NCBI GenBank assembly: GCA_965224705.1 | Contig: OZ245056.1 | Coordinates: 1,792,001-1,856,000, forward strand | DNA length: 64,000 nt | Origin: Spirochaetaceae bacterium | GTDB lineage: Bacteria; Spirochaetota; Spirochaetia; DSM-2461 | Direction of reading: 5' to 3' | Made by a program: the position numbers and the translations under genes | The notes under the pieces: generated by a model | Database searches by the model: none | What the model was told of the DNA's origin: nothing | The model's input: the letters and a program-made list of their open reading frames with translations, nothing else | Shown here: positions 1-9,681 of the stretch, in pieces | Position numbering within the stretch: position 1 is the stretch's first letter | Layout: every line of letters begins with the position of its first letter

Positions 1-241
1 TCTTATCAACCATAAAGCTCAGCCCGACATGCTCATCTTTTTTGTAAGCACTTACAGCTCCAATAAAAGAGGTCCAGATAAACAAAAAGCGAGATAACTC
101 ATCAGCCCATCCGACAGATTTGTTGATAACAAAACGCATAAAGACATTGTAGGTAACAGCGATAAACATTGAGACAGTCAAAGTAATAAGAAGAACATTG
201 TACGCCTTCCCAAAGAATGCAAAAGAACTTTTTTTATTCAT
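1..241 (-). CDS. dctQ: TRAP transporter small permease (partial, runs off the window edge)
   Basis: Manual translation MNKKSSFAFF...YNVFMRFVINKSVGWADELSRFLFIWTSFIGA..DEHVG matches the DctQ pattern; directly downstream of dctP. Confidence 0.9.
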   Translation of the reverse strand, partial: MNKKSSFAFFGKAYNVLLITLTVSMFIAVTYNVFMRFVINKSVGWADELSRFLFIWTSFIGAVSAYKKDEHVGLSFMVDK

Positions 242-258
242 CCTTTCAATACTCCTGT

Positions 259-305
259 AAAAAACAAAACCGGCCGGAAATACCCAAACTGACTCCCGGT
301 CGGTT
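259..305 (-). terminator. Hairpin with U-tail between dctP and dctQ
   Basis: Minus strand AACCGACCGG...CCGGCCGGTT followed by TTGTTTTTT. Confidence 0.6.
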
Positions 306-327
306 CAAAGCCTGAGAACAATTACTA

Positions 328-1332
328 TTAAAACTCAGTTAGTTTTTCTAGTACACTATTGATGAGATCTTCACCAATTATTTCAGAATATTTTTCATAG
401 ACTGGAGATACAGCACTCTGGAATGCAGCTTTCTGTCCAGCAGTCAGCTCTGTAACATTCATAACATCTTTGAGCTTTTCAAGATATTCAGTATTGTAGC
501 GGCGGTTCAGTTCACGGTTATGACCCCTGGACTTAATCGCTGCTTCCATTACGACGTCCTGAAGGTCAGAGGGGAGGCCGTCCCAGAAGCTCTGAGCAAT
601 CATAAGAACGAAAGGAGAGTATACGTGTCCTGTGTCAGTGGTGTACTGCTGTACTTCAGGGAAGTTCTGGAGATAGATAGTTCCCCAAGGATTTTCCTGA
701 CCATCTACAACACCCTGCTGCATTGCAGAGAAAAGCTCACCAAAAGCCATGGGAGTGGGGTTTGCACCCATGGAACGCCATGCGTCAAGATGCATGGGGT
801 TTTCCATTGTTCGCACTTTCATTCCATTTACATCAGCGGGAGTAACAACAGGACGTACACTGTTAGTCAGGTTTCGGTAACCATTTTCCCAGTAAACAAG
901 TCCCTTGATTCCGATTGAAGAAAGATCATCAAGCAGTTCCTGACCGATTTCACTGTCAAGAACATAGTCTGCAGCTTCATGGTTAGGGAAAAGGAAGGGA
1001 AGATCGAATACTCCATACTGGGGAAGGAAGGGGGCAATAGGAGCAGTGGAGGGACAGGTCATTTCTTGCTCACCACGCTGAAGCGCTTCCATCATCTCAC
1101 GGTCATCGCCAAGCTGACTGGAATGGTACAACTCAACAACGATACGGCCGTCACTGTTTGCTTCAACCAGTTCCTTGAAGTATACGAGAGACTCGTACTG
1201 AGCTGATTTGTCATTAAGACCAATACCAGCTGTAATTGTGAAAATTTCCTGATCTTTGTCAGCAGTACCTTCAGCAAAAACGCCAGAGCTCAGCAGAGAA
1301 AGAACAATAAGGGTTAATAGAATCTTTTTCAT
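328..1332 (-). CDS. dctP: TRAP transporter substrate-binding protein
   Basis: Signal peptide MKKILL..VFA; motifs QLGDDREMME, DLPFLF, WENGYR, KVRTM, VDGQENP; start at 1332 chosen for its GGAGGA RBS. Confidence 0.95.
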   Translation of the reverse strand: MKKILLTLIVLSLLSSGVFAEGTADKDQEIFTITAGIGLNDKSAQYESLVYFKELVEANSDGRIVVELYHSSQLGDDREMMEALQRGEQEMTCPSTAPIAPFLPQYGVFDLPFLFPNHEAADYVLDSEIGQELLDDLSSIGIKGLVYWENGYRNLTNSVRPVVTPADVNGMKVRTMENPMHLDAWRSMGANPTPMAFGELFSAMQQGVVDGQENPWGTIYLQNFPEVQQYTTDTGHVYSPFVLMIAQSFWDGLPSDLQDVVMEAAIKSRGHNRELNRRYNTEYLEKLKDVMNVTELTAGQKAAFQSAVSPVYEKYSEIIGEDLINSVLEKLTEF

Positions 1333-1625
1333 AAATCCTCCTAAATGATAGTACTGACTATAAAAAAGTAAGAAAAAACATGCATCAAAAATCATCCCAA
1401 CGGCAAAATAGCAGATTGAACGGTAACAATGGTCTATAAACGGCCATTAAACTAATTCCGGGTAGGAATTACAGTGTCTTTATTTTCAAAGATACGGGCT
1501 GGTCCACCGAAACTCCAGGCATTTTCGGGAATCGCAGAAGGTTAGTTACAGTTCCCTCAGGTGGGAGATTATCCTTTAGAGCCGCATTAGAGCTTGAAGT
1601 TCCGGTGGTTTGTAGGGCTTTCCAG

Positions 1626-1740
1626 GAGTCTGTCGGACTCCAAGACTTCGAGGCGATTTTTGGTGATTTTTTCCTGATGCAAGGCGACAAAACGGAGCGT
1701 AGTTTGGCTATGTGAGTATTTTGGCAACGCAGCAGCAGGG
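1626..1740. mobile_element. MITE family A copy, right end missing or decayed
   Basis: Aligns by eye over about 115 bp to 36963-37078; starts GAGTCTGTCGGACT after CCAG. Confidence 0.8.
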
Positions 1741-1834
1741 TATGAGAGTCCAGGACTCGCCCTCTGTACCAAAGCCCCCTGCACCTGAGCCCCCGCCTCC
1801 GTACCTCCGTAAGAAAACTCCCTTCCAGCTAAGC

Positions 1835-2325
1835 GAAAAGGGGGATTCTCAAGGGTCCCCCCTGGGCAATCGCATCTAAAATCCACTAGCCAGAGTGTTT
1901 TTCAAAGCCTTATTCATGGGTTTTTAACCGCAGAGGACGCAGAGAGCGCAGAGTGTTCAAGATAAATGTTGACCAATCTGTTTATGCTATAGAGACGAAA
2001 AAACCCGGACTAAAGTAAGACTTTTTCTCCATTTTTGGGCGTTTTGCCCAAAATGTGGGTGCGTCCATGCGCCCACGGGCAGCTCTAAGCGGTTTTAAGA
2101 GCTACCCTATATCTCTCTGCGTACCTCTGCGTTCTCTGCGGTTTAATGCCGCTTTGAGGAGATTCCACATTCTTTGAGACACTGGATAAAAATTTCCATT
2201 GATCCCGAAAATCAGTGTTTTTCATTCTATTTGGGACAGAATTAGATGCAATTACCCTGAGGGTCCTCCCTTGAGTCGTATTTTTCTTTGTTAAACTTTC
2301 TTTTTGTCGAAAAAAAGAAAGTTTA
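1835..2325. repeat. Nested inverted-repeat / REP-like complex
   Basis: IR pairs 1848-1855/2268-2275, 1862-1880/2241-2259 and 1926-1953/2115-2143; three internal hairpins at 2031-2107; perfect 14-bp stem at 2292-2325. Confidence 0.75.
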
Positions 2326-2367
2326 GGCCCCGGATGCATGGCCGAGCAGGAAGCGGAGCTTCCGACC

Positions 2368-2411
2368 AGGCCCAGCGGCCCGAGCGACCTTTAGGCCCAG
2401 CGGCCCGAGCG
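2368..2411 (+). repeat. 19-bp direct repeat x2 (AGGCCCAGCGGCCCGAGCG)
   Basis: Exact copies at 2368-2386 and 2393-2411. Confidence 0.9.
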
Positions 2412-2449
2412 TAGATAAAGCAGCAAAACTATGCTAAGTTTAATACGGC

Positions 2450-4213
2450 ATGGAAAAGAATCTGACTCAGGGTATCACCGATTTTAAGGAATTCATCGAT
2501 AATGATTGCTACTTTGTCGATAAAACCCGTCTTATAGCGCATTTTATTAATGACCTCAGCAAGGTACATCTCATCACCCGGCCCCGGCGCTTCGGTAAAA
2601 CCTTGAATTTAAGCATGATCCGCTACTTCCTGGAGGCCCCCCTACCCATCCGCAAACAGCAGGATTCCCACTCATCGGTTACAACGCCCAATGCCTACCT
2701 TTTTGAAGATCTTGCAATCGCCTCCCACCCGTGCTGTGCCGAGTTCATGGGGCAGTATCCGGTCATTCATTTGAGCTTCAAGGATGTGAAAAACAACGCA
2801 TACAGCAAAACAATCAACCTTGTCCGAGAAGTCATTGCCATTGAGTTCAACAGGCATGGATATCTAACAGAGCAAGGATTCTTAAACAGCCGGGAAGAAA
2901 TTTTCTTCACAAGCATAGTCAATCAGGAAGGTACAGACGAGGACTATGCAAAATCCATCAAGTGGCTTTCCACATGGCTCCACCGCGCCTACGGCAAACC
3001 CCCATACATCCTTCTGGACGAGTATGATACCCCCCTGCATTCGGCCCATGTAGATAAGTACTACGATCAGATGATCACCTTCATCCGCAGCTTCATGGTG
3101 CAGACCTTCAAAGACAACCCCCACCTGAAACAGGCCGTGGTGATCGGCATATTGAAAGTTGCCCAGGAAAGCATATTCAGCGACTTTAACAATCCCAGGG
3201 TCAGTACATTGCTGGATCCGGAAATAGAGGATAGCTTCGGATTCACCGAGTCCGAGGTAGAAGCCATGGCCGCCTACTTTGGACTGGAAGACGAAATGGA
3301 GGGCATAAAAGAATGGTACAACGGCTACCTCTTCGGCGAGAATACCATTATCTACAACCCATGGAGCATTGTCAGCTTTCTTAGCCGCCCCAGAGCCGGA
3401 CTGAAACCCCACTGGATAGGCACCAGCGACAATAGGCTGATCAAGGATGTCATCCAATTAGACCGCCGGGAAGCCAAGATGACCATAGAAAAACTCCTGC
3501 GGAAGGAAGAAGTCCGCAAACCCCTGCTGACCAACATTCCCTACCCTCAGGTGGAAAGCGACCCGGACGTAGTATGGAGCTTTTTACTCCACAGCGGCTA
3601 TCTGAAGGCCTCCGAGAGGCGGCAGGAACACAGGGACATAACATGGCGGCTTTCCATTCCCAACCTGGAGGTGGAAACCGCCTGGATTACCGTTATTTCC
3701 CGCTGGCTTAAGGAAGATATCAGGATAAACGAACACTTCACGGACTTCGTCATCGGCATCCAGGAAGCCAGTCCCCGGCACATAGAACGGGGACTGTCCC
3801 GAATTCTTCGCGGTTTGGCCAGCTACCATGATACGGCCAGGAGCAAAGAGGATTGGGAAGACGAGGAATCGAGACGGGAGAACTTCTACCACGGCCTGGT
3901 ACTGGGTCTTCTGGCCTGCCTGAGCCCGGCGTATGCCGTTGAGAGCAACCGGGAATACGGAGAAGGCCGGCCGGACATCGTCGTTGTCAAGAAGGGAAGC
4001 AATCCAGTCCAGGCCGAGGAAGCCGTCCTTTTGGAGTTCAAACATGGGAACGCAAAGGACGGCAAAGCCCTGGAAGATTTAGCCCGTGAAGCCCATACCC
4101 AGGCAGTAACGAAGTACATGGATGGAGTAAGGGAAAAATGGCATCCTGGGCGCCTACTTGTTCTGGGGGCAGGATTCAAGGGCAGGGAACTGGCGGTTTT
4201 TTATGATTCATAA
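2450..4213 (+). CDS. AAA-ATPase-like protein with C-terminal PD-(D/E)XK nuclease (AAA-ATPase_like + PDDEXK_9 architecture)
   Basis: YFVDKT, RPRRFGKT, LLDEYD, EWYNGY, IYNPWS; C-terminal SNREYGEGRPDIV...LLEFK. Confidence 0.9.
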   Translation: MEKNLTQGITDFKEFIDNDCYFVDKTRLIAHFINDLSKVHLITRPRRFGKTLNLSMIRYFLEAPLPIRKQQDSHSSVTTPNAYLFEDLAIASHPCCAEFMGQYPVIHLSFKDVKNNAYSKTINLVREVIAIEFNRHGYLTEQGFLNSREEIFFTSIVNQEGTDEDYAKSIKWLSTWLHRAYGKPPYILLDEYDTPLHSAHVDKYYDQMITFIRSFMVQTFKDNPHLKQAVVIGILKVAQESIFSDFNNPRVSTLLDPEIEDSFGFTESEVEAMAAYFGLEDEMEGIKEWYNGYLFGENTIIYNPWSIVSFLSRPRAGLKPHWIGTSDNRLIKDVIQLDRREAKMTIEKLLRKEEVRKPLLTNIPYPQVESDPDVVWSFLLHSGYLKASERRQEHRDITWRLSIPNLEVETAWITVISRWLKEDIRINEHFTDFVIGIQEASPRHIERGLSRILRGLASYHDTARSKEDWEDEESRRENFYHGLVLGLLACLSPAYAVESNREYGEGRPDIVVVKKGSNPVQAEEAVLLEFKHGNAKDGKALEDLAREAHTQAVTKYMDGVREKWHPGRLLVLGAGFKGRELAVFYDS

Positions 4214-4318
4214 CTCCCTTAGCATGGGCCGTGTCAGCCCCATGGTGGAATAAAACGGAGTCGAAAGCCCGGCGCAAGCACGATGCACCCGCCCGGAGGC
4301 GAAATTCTCTAAGCGTAC

Positions 4319-4347
4319 TTGACGACGATTTTATCCTGTCGTACAAT
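4319..4347 (+). promoter_or_regulatory. Sigma70-type promoter of the aldehyde dehydrogenase
   Basis: TTGACG-17 bp-TACAAT, overlapped by an ACGAC...GTCGT inverted repeat. Confidence 0.65.
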
Positions 4348-4409
4348 GCATTTATGCAGGAATTGTGTTTGGATTGCATAAAAGAAGATAGCGATAGAGG
4401 AGGCTATAT

Positions 4410-5957
4410 ATGAGTGCATTATCAGAGGCGAAAACAGGCGGAGCATTAAACTCAGATCATTTAGGAGTATCGTATCCGTTCAAGGAGAGGTATGGGAATT
4501 ACATAAACGGTAAATTTGTAGAACCCTTGAACGGGGAGTATTTTGACAACCCTACTCCAGTGACAGGTCAGACATTATGCCAGATAGGCCGTTCGGGAGC
4601 ATCAGACATAGCGGCAGCATTAGATGCAGCCCATGGGGCATTTCCGTTGTGGGGTAATACGTCGGTGACAGAACGTTCAAAAATATTACTCAAGATAGCC
4701 GACATAATGGAGGAGAATTTACAGACTCTCGCAGTAGCGGAGACATTAGATAATGGGAAGCCAATTCGTGAGACATTGAATGCGGATTTATTGTTAGCTA
4801 TCGATCATTATCGTTATTTCGGGGGGGTAATCCGTGGGGAGGAAGGAAGCATAAGTGAGATAGATTCGCAGACCTATGCGTATCATATAAAAGAGCCGCT
4901 CGGAGTAGTAGGGCAGATAATTCCGTGGAATTTTCCATTGCTGATGGCGGCATGGAAGCTAGCCCCGGCTTTAGCGGCGGGGAACTGTGTCGTTTTAAAG
5001 CCAGCGGAGCAGACTCCAGCGTCGATAATGGTATGGCTTGAGATGATAGGAGACCTATTACCGCCTGGCGTATTAAATGTAGTAAGCGGATATGGTTTGG
5101 AGGCGGGAAAGCCGTTGGCATCATCAGACAGGATATCGAAGGTAGCGTTTACGGGAGAGACAACGACAGGACGATTAATAATGCAATATGCGAGTGAGAA
5201 TCTGATACCAGTGACACTGGAGTTAGGCGGCAAGTCTCCGAACATATTTTTTGCAGACGTAATGGACGCAGACGACGACTACTTTGACAAATGTTTAGAG
5301 GGATTCACGATGTTTGCATTAAACCAGGGGGAGGTATGCACGTGTCCGAGTCGTGTGCTGATAGAGGAGTCGATATACGAAAGATTTATTGATCGTGCGT
5401 TATCGCGCGTGGGAAAGATAAAGCAGGGAAATCCGCTTGATCCAGGCACGATGATAGGGGCGCAGGTATCGATGGAGCAGATGGAGAAGATAAGTTCCTA
5501 TTTATCATTAGGAGTGGAAGAAGGAGCAAAGTTATTAGCGGGCGGTTCGGTATCGGAGTTAGGAGGGGATTTGTCTGACGGGTACTATATTCAGCCGACG
5601 GTCTTCAAAGGACACAATAAGATGCGAATATTTCAGGAGGAGATATTCGGCCCGGTGGTATCAGTGACGACATTCAAAGACGAGGCGGAGGCGATAGAGA
5701 TAGCGAATGATACGTTATATGGATTGGGAGCCGGAGTATGGTCTCGTAATGGTAACATAGCGTTTCGTGTAGGGAAGGCGATACAGGCGGGCCGTGTATG
5801 GACGAATTGCTATCATGCATATCCTGCGCATGCGGCGTTTGGAGGCTACAAGCAATCTGGCATAGGCAGAGAGACACATAAGATGATGTTAAATCACTAT
5901 CGTCAGACGAAGAATCTATTGGTATCATATGATGAGAAGGCATTAGGTTTCTTTTAA
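4410..5957 (+). CDS. aldB: NAD-dependent aldehyde (acetaldehyde) dehydrogenase, AldB/ExaC type
   Basis: [41 protein letters not shown]; followed by DUF779, as usual for this subfamily. Confidence 0.93.
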   Translation: MSALSEAKTGGALNSDHLGVSYPFKERYGNYINGKFVEPLNGEYFDNPTPVTGQTLCQIGRSGASDIAAALDAAHGAFPLWGNTSVTERSKILLKIADIMEENLQTLAVAETLDNGKPIRETLNADLLLAIDHYRYFGGVIRGEEGSISEIDSQTYAYHIKEPLGVVGQIIPWNFPLLMAAWKLAPALAAGNCVVLKPAEQTPASIMVWLEMIGDLLPPGVLNVVSGYGLEAGKPLASSDRISKVAFTGETTTGRLIMQYASENLIPVTLELGGKSPNIFFADVMDADDDYFDKCLEGFTMFALNQGEVCTCPSRVLIEESIYERFIDRALSRVGKIKQGNPLDPGTMIGAQVSMEQMEKISSYLSLGVEEGAKLLAGGSVSELGGDLSDGYYIQPTVFKGHNKMRIFQEEIFGPVVSVTTFKDEAEAIEIANDTLYGLGAGVWSRNGNIAFRVGKAIQAGRVWTNCYHAYPAHAAFGGYKQSGIGRETHKMMLNHYRQTKNLLVSYDEKALGFF

Positions 5958-5961
5958 TATA

Positions 5962-6357
5962 ATGCGTGAGTCAAAAGAGATAGTAGCGGATCGGGAAGAA
6001 GTAGCGGAAATATCACATGTAAGAGCGACATCGGCGGCGTTATCATTGATAGAGGAGATCAAGTCAAGACATGGTTCATCACTGATATTTCATCAGTCTG
6101 GTGGATGTTGTGATGGTTCGTCGCCGATGTGTTATTTAGCGGGGGAGTTTCGTATAGGCGAGCGAGACATAAAGTTAGGAGAGGTAGGTGGCGTTCCATT
6201 TTACATAGGTGGCCGTCAATACGAATACTGGAAGCACACCGACTTATTACTCGATGCGATATCAGGAATAGGAGGGATGTTTTCATTAGACAATGGTACG
6301 GGCAGACGTTTTCTAATTCGTTCAAACGTGTGTACGGTAGACAACAAATCTAATTGA
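5962..6357 (+). CDS. DUF779 family protein
   Basis: FHQSGGCCDGSSPMC and QYEYWKHT motifs; downstream of the aldehyde dehydrogenase. Confidence 0.9.
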   Translation: MRESKEIVADREEVAEISHVRATSAALSLIEEIKSRHGSSLIFHQSGGCCDGSSPMCYLAGEFRIGERDIKLGEVGGVPFYIGGRQYEYWKHTDLLLDAISGIGGMFSLDNGTGRRFLIRSNVCTVDNKSN

Positions 6358-6379
6358 GGCAGACAACCCTGTATCCCAG

Positions 6380-6440
6380 GAGTCTGTCGGACTTTAAGAC
6401 TTCGAGGCGATTTTTGATGATTTCTTCCTGATGCAAGGCG
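6380..6440. mobile_element. MITE family A, left-end fragment
   Basis: CCAG|GAGTCTGTCGGACTTTAAGACTTCGAGGCG...GCAAGGCG, near-identical to the copies at 1626 and 36963. Confidence 0.8.
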
Positions 6441-6465
6441 CCTTTAAGATTTTCTCCCCATTTTC

Positions 6466-6494
6466 TTGATTCTGAGAATCACTATTGCTATAAT
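6466..6494 (+). promoter_or_regulatory. Sigma70 promoter with extended -10 and palindromic operator; probable leaderless transcript
   Basis: TTGATT-17-TATAAT with TG extension; ATG 6 nt later and no SD; perfect IR TGATTCT-G-AGAATCA at 6467-6481. Confidence 0.7.
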
Positions 6495-6500
6495 ACCAGT

Positions 6501-7343
6501 ATGAATACAAAAAAGATTAGTTTTATAGCTGTCATTCTATTTATTGTCGGAATTCCTCTCCTGTATGTCGCATGCCCCGGCACGGGGGGCGATGACCCCA
6601 ACACGGGGGGCGATGACCCCAGCACGGGGAGCAGTACAGCACCCGCATGGAGTACCGAACCCACGGTGGTAGCGGAAGCGGGCGGCTACACAATAACAGC
6701 AGGAACCGTAACAGGCGACCCGGAACCAGTTGTTTCATACTACGTTGCTCCTGATAAGACGTCGGTCCCCGCTGATGAAGCAAGTGAATCCGCCTGGACA
6801 AACGAGGGATTTTCTGTGGTCCAAGCCGGACCCAATGCAACTGTGGCAAGTGACGGAACAAAGGGAGGAGTTGCAGGTGATCTGGATCTTTACGCTGTCG
6901 CTGTTAATTCAGCAGGACATAAAAAAACTGGGAGTATAGATTTCTCTGTCACCGCGGCTGCTGTTGCACCAGGTTTTGGTGGGAACAACTACCCTGATGT
7001 AAGTACGCCCGACGCTGGGGCGTTCACTTTGGCTGGGAGTCTTGGAGGAGATGTGACCGGAGACCCATATCCGGCAATCGAGTTCTACTATACACTGAGA
7101 AGTAATGAAGACACAGCTCCTGATGATGCTCCCTGGCCCGGTAATGACTGGCCGGAAACCTGGACAAGAATTGACGTTAATGACGGGGGGAAAATCAGTG
7201 ATACCAGTAAGTGGCAGACAGGTCCCTTTGATGCTCCTGCGGGTGAGTACAGCCTGTATTCTGTTCTTACCAATTATGCTGGATCCACAAAATGGGGTTC
7301 TGGTACCGATGGCAAAGATCCTATACGAATCACAGTGAAGTAA
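6501..7343 (+). CDS. Lipoprotein with two Ig-like (I-set-like) repeats
   Basis: Lipobox LLYVA-C; duplicated motifs TGDPEPVVSYY/TGDPYPAIEFYY and GDLDLYAVAVNSAG/GEYSLYSVLTNYAG. Confidence 0.75.
   Translation: MNTKKISFIAVILFIVGIPLLYVACPGTGGDDPNTGGDDPSTGSSTAPAWSTEPTVVAEAGGYTITAGTVTGDPEPVVSYYVAPDKTSVPADEASESAWTNEGFSVVQAGPNATVASDGTKGGVAGDLDLYAVAVNSAGHKKTGSIDFSVTAAAVAPGFGGNNYPDVSTPDAGAFTLAGSLGGDVTGDPYPAIEFYYTLRSNEDTAPDDAPWPGNDWPETWTRIDVNDGGKISDTSKWQTGPFDAPAGEYSLYSVLTNYAGSTKWGSGTDGKDPIRITVK
6581..6629 (+). repeat. 21-bp tandem repeat encoding TGGDDP(N/S)
   Basis: CACGGGGGGCGATGACCCCA(A/G) x2 plus a partial third unit. Confidence 0.9.
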
Positions 7344-7452
7344 TGCTGCTGTCAGCCGTCTCATCCGGATAGCAATTGGTCCGATTCCACGAATCAGGGG
7401 AGGACAATCCATCAGCCCGATTGAGCTAAATTCATCCCGGTGGCTGCTAATC

Positions 7453-9639
7453 ATGGGCCGGGTGGGTATGCTGGCTGCTGCTGCCTATGCCTGCACACAC
7501 ATGATTCGGGCGGAGGACACCTGGATTGCCATGGCCTCCGGGCGGCACATTGTTAATTATGGAGTTGACACAGCGGATCCGTTCAGCACCAACTCAAAAA
7601 AATCGGGCCCCACTGCTGAAGAAATAAAGTCATGGCCCGATTGGGCACAGTCTCTGGTGGAGCGGGTTGGAATGGATGCCGTGCTTTACTGGCATCCTAT
7701 CGGCTGGATTAATCAAAACTGGCTGGCTCATGTTTTCATTTACAAGCTTGCCACAGCCTTTGGTTCTGACAGGGAACCCCATCTCAATGCCCTGGTTTAT
7801 TGGAAGTTTCTGCTTTATACCCTAACGGTTTTTTGTCTCTATGCGATAGGCAGGACGGTGGGTGTTCGTCCAGCTTTCTCCGCTGCGGGAGCCTGCCTGG
7901 CCTTGTTTGTAAGCCGATCTTTTCTTACCATGCGGCCGGCTGATTTCTCCAATTTTCTCGTTCCGGTTTTCATCCTGATCCTGACTCTGGCTACCTGTTG
8001 GAAGATCTGGACTATCTGGCTGATTGTTCCCCTTGCTGTGTTCTGGAGCAATGTCCACGGGGGCTTCATTTATATGTTTATAATGCTCATCCCCTTTGCG
8101 GCATTCAGTATTCTGGGGCTTTGTTTTCAGCGATTCTTCACCGTTATCAGCCTCAAGGGTGTGTATCATGCGGCGGGAGCCGGGTTTACAGCTTTAATGG
8201 CAGCAATTCTATTCAGTCCATTCCGTCTCTCCAATATGACACACCCATTTGTCATCAGCCTTGGCAGGAATGCGGAACACTGGCGTATGATAGAGGAATG
8301 GCAGCCGGCCTTCGACTGGAGCAGTCCGCATGGAACGGCTGTGCCGTTCTTAATTCTGTGTATTCTTGCTGGAACGACGGTGCTGACATGGTTTGCCCTC
8401 CAGAAATATTTATCCTTCTCCATGGTAAAAGCACGGCCCAAAGCGGAGAACTATCAGTGGCCGAGAATTCCATTGGCCATGCTGCTCATCGGGGGCCTGA
8501 CCGTTTATATGGCCATAAGGTCTCGGCGGTTTATTCCCATCGCCGCCTATGCTGTCTGCCCCTTTCTGTTCCTGCTCATTCAAAATATCACGGACGCTTT
8601 ACTTTCCCCAACATCCAGAGCGAAGAAGACTATTCAGGGTATTTTTAGTGGATTACTCCTTGTTTTCATTTCCTGGGCGGGAATAAAATTTTACAATATA
8701 TATGCTGGACCCTGGCCCTTTGATGCACAGAATAATTCTCTCTTCATGCGTATGACGGGTTCCTGGAAGGAGCCCTCTTTAGTTGGTGAGTTCATCAATC
8801 TGAACAGTATTCGGGGGAAGGTATTAAATTTCTGGACCGACGGAGGAAGCCTTGTCTGGGAGCAGAGATCCCGCATGAGGGTGGGGAGGCCCAATGTTCA
8901 GCTATTTATCGATGGACGGGCGCAAGCGGCTTATGATTTATATTACTACGATTTATGGAAGGAAATCTGGGGGGGCGGCGGCTACCGGGCTTCGGGTATT
9001 GATGACGACGAAAAAATGGGTATCTGGATGGATAGAACTTTGAAACGCGAGAAGGTGGAATTGGTGATAGTACCGATAGCCGAGTCTGATAGTCCTATTT
9101 ACCGGGCTCTCACCCATAGCCAGTCCTGGCGTGTTGTATTGACGAGTAACACACACATGCTGTTTGTTGATCTGGATACAGAACAGGGTAAGCGTTTATT
9201 TCTCGGCATGAGAAATGGTCAGACATTGTATCCGGATGACTTTACCCGCAATTTAAACCAGGGACATTTTCATCTGGTCTACAACTTGATGCCGGGAAGC
9301 CGTGTCAAAGGATTGAATCAGGTTATCAAAGCTTATTTCAACCAACCCTCTGTTTTGCCGATGACTGAGATCACCGAAATCGCGGCAATTTACCCAGAGT
9401 TGATTCCAGAAATCATCAAGTTCTGCGAAACCATTTTTGAGGATTTTCAAATTCATGGGCCTATGTATGCCGCGCAGGACGGTTATGCCTCGCGTTTAGG
9501 GGCGATGGTTATGCTGTGTGAATACCTGCGGGAGAATTCAATGCTCCAAAACGACACTCAAAAAGCTGCAATGTACGCGAACAAGTCCGACGCATACAGC
9601 AAAGAACTGGATACAATAATGCAAACCGGAATCTGGTAG
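7453..9639 (+). CDS. Polytopic membrane protein, putative GT-C-fold glycosyltransferase-like
   Basis: Many TM segments; EDTWIAMASGR in the first loop; WINQNWL, WSNVHGGF, IEEWQP, FIDGRA. Start uncertain (possible ATC at 7411). Confidence 0.6.
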   Translation: MGRVGMLAAAAYACTHMIRAEDTWIAMASGRHIVNYGVDTADPFSTNSKKSGPTAEEIKSWPDWAQSLVERVGMDAVLYWHPIGWINQNWLAHVFIYKLATAFGSDREPHLNALVYWKFLLYTLTVFCLYAIGRTVGVRPAFSAAGACLALFVSRSFLTMRPADFSNFLVPVFILILTLATCWKIWTIWLIVPLAVFWSNVHGGFIYMFIMLIPFAAFSILGLCFQRFFTVISLKGVYHAAGAGFTALMAAILFSPFRLSNMTHPFVISLGRNAEHWRMIEEWQPAFDWSSPHGTAVPFLILCILAGTTVLTWFALQKYLSFSMVKARPKAENYQWPRIPLAMLLIGGLTVYMAIRSRRFIPIAAYAVCPFLFLLIQNITDALLSPTSRAKKTIQGIFSGLLLVFISWAGIKFYNIYAGPWPFDAQNNSLFMRMTGSWKEPSLVGEFINLNSIRGKVLNFWTDGGSLVWEQRSRMRVGRPNVQLFIDGRAQAAYDLYYYDLWKEIWGGGGYRASGIDDDEKMGIWMDRTLKREKVELVIVPIAESDSPIYRALTHSQSWRVVLTSNTHMLFVDLDTEQGKRLFLGMRNGQTLYPDDFTRNLNQGHFHLVYNLMPGSRVKGLNQVIKAYFNQPSVLPMTEITEIAAIYPELIPEIIKFCETIFEDFQIHGPMYAAQDGYASRLGAMVMLCEYLRENSMLQNDTQKAAMYANKSDAYSKELDTIMQTGIW

Positions 9640-9681
9640 ATTGCTTCACAGGAAGGGGAATCTGTATGGATTCAGTTTTCG

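Noticed and set aside
4231..4413. 60-aa ORF upstream of the aldehyde dehydrogenase
   Set aside because: It overlaps the promoter and has no RBS or motif.
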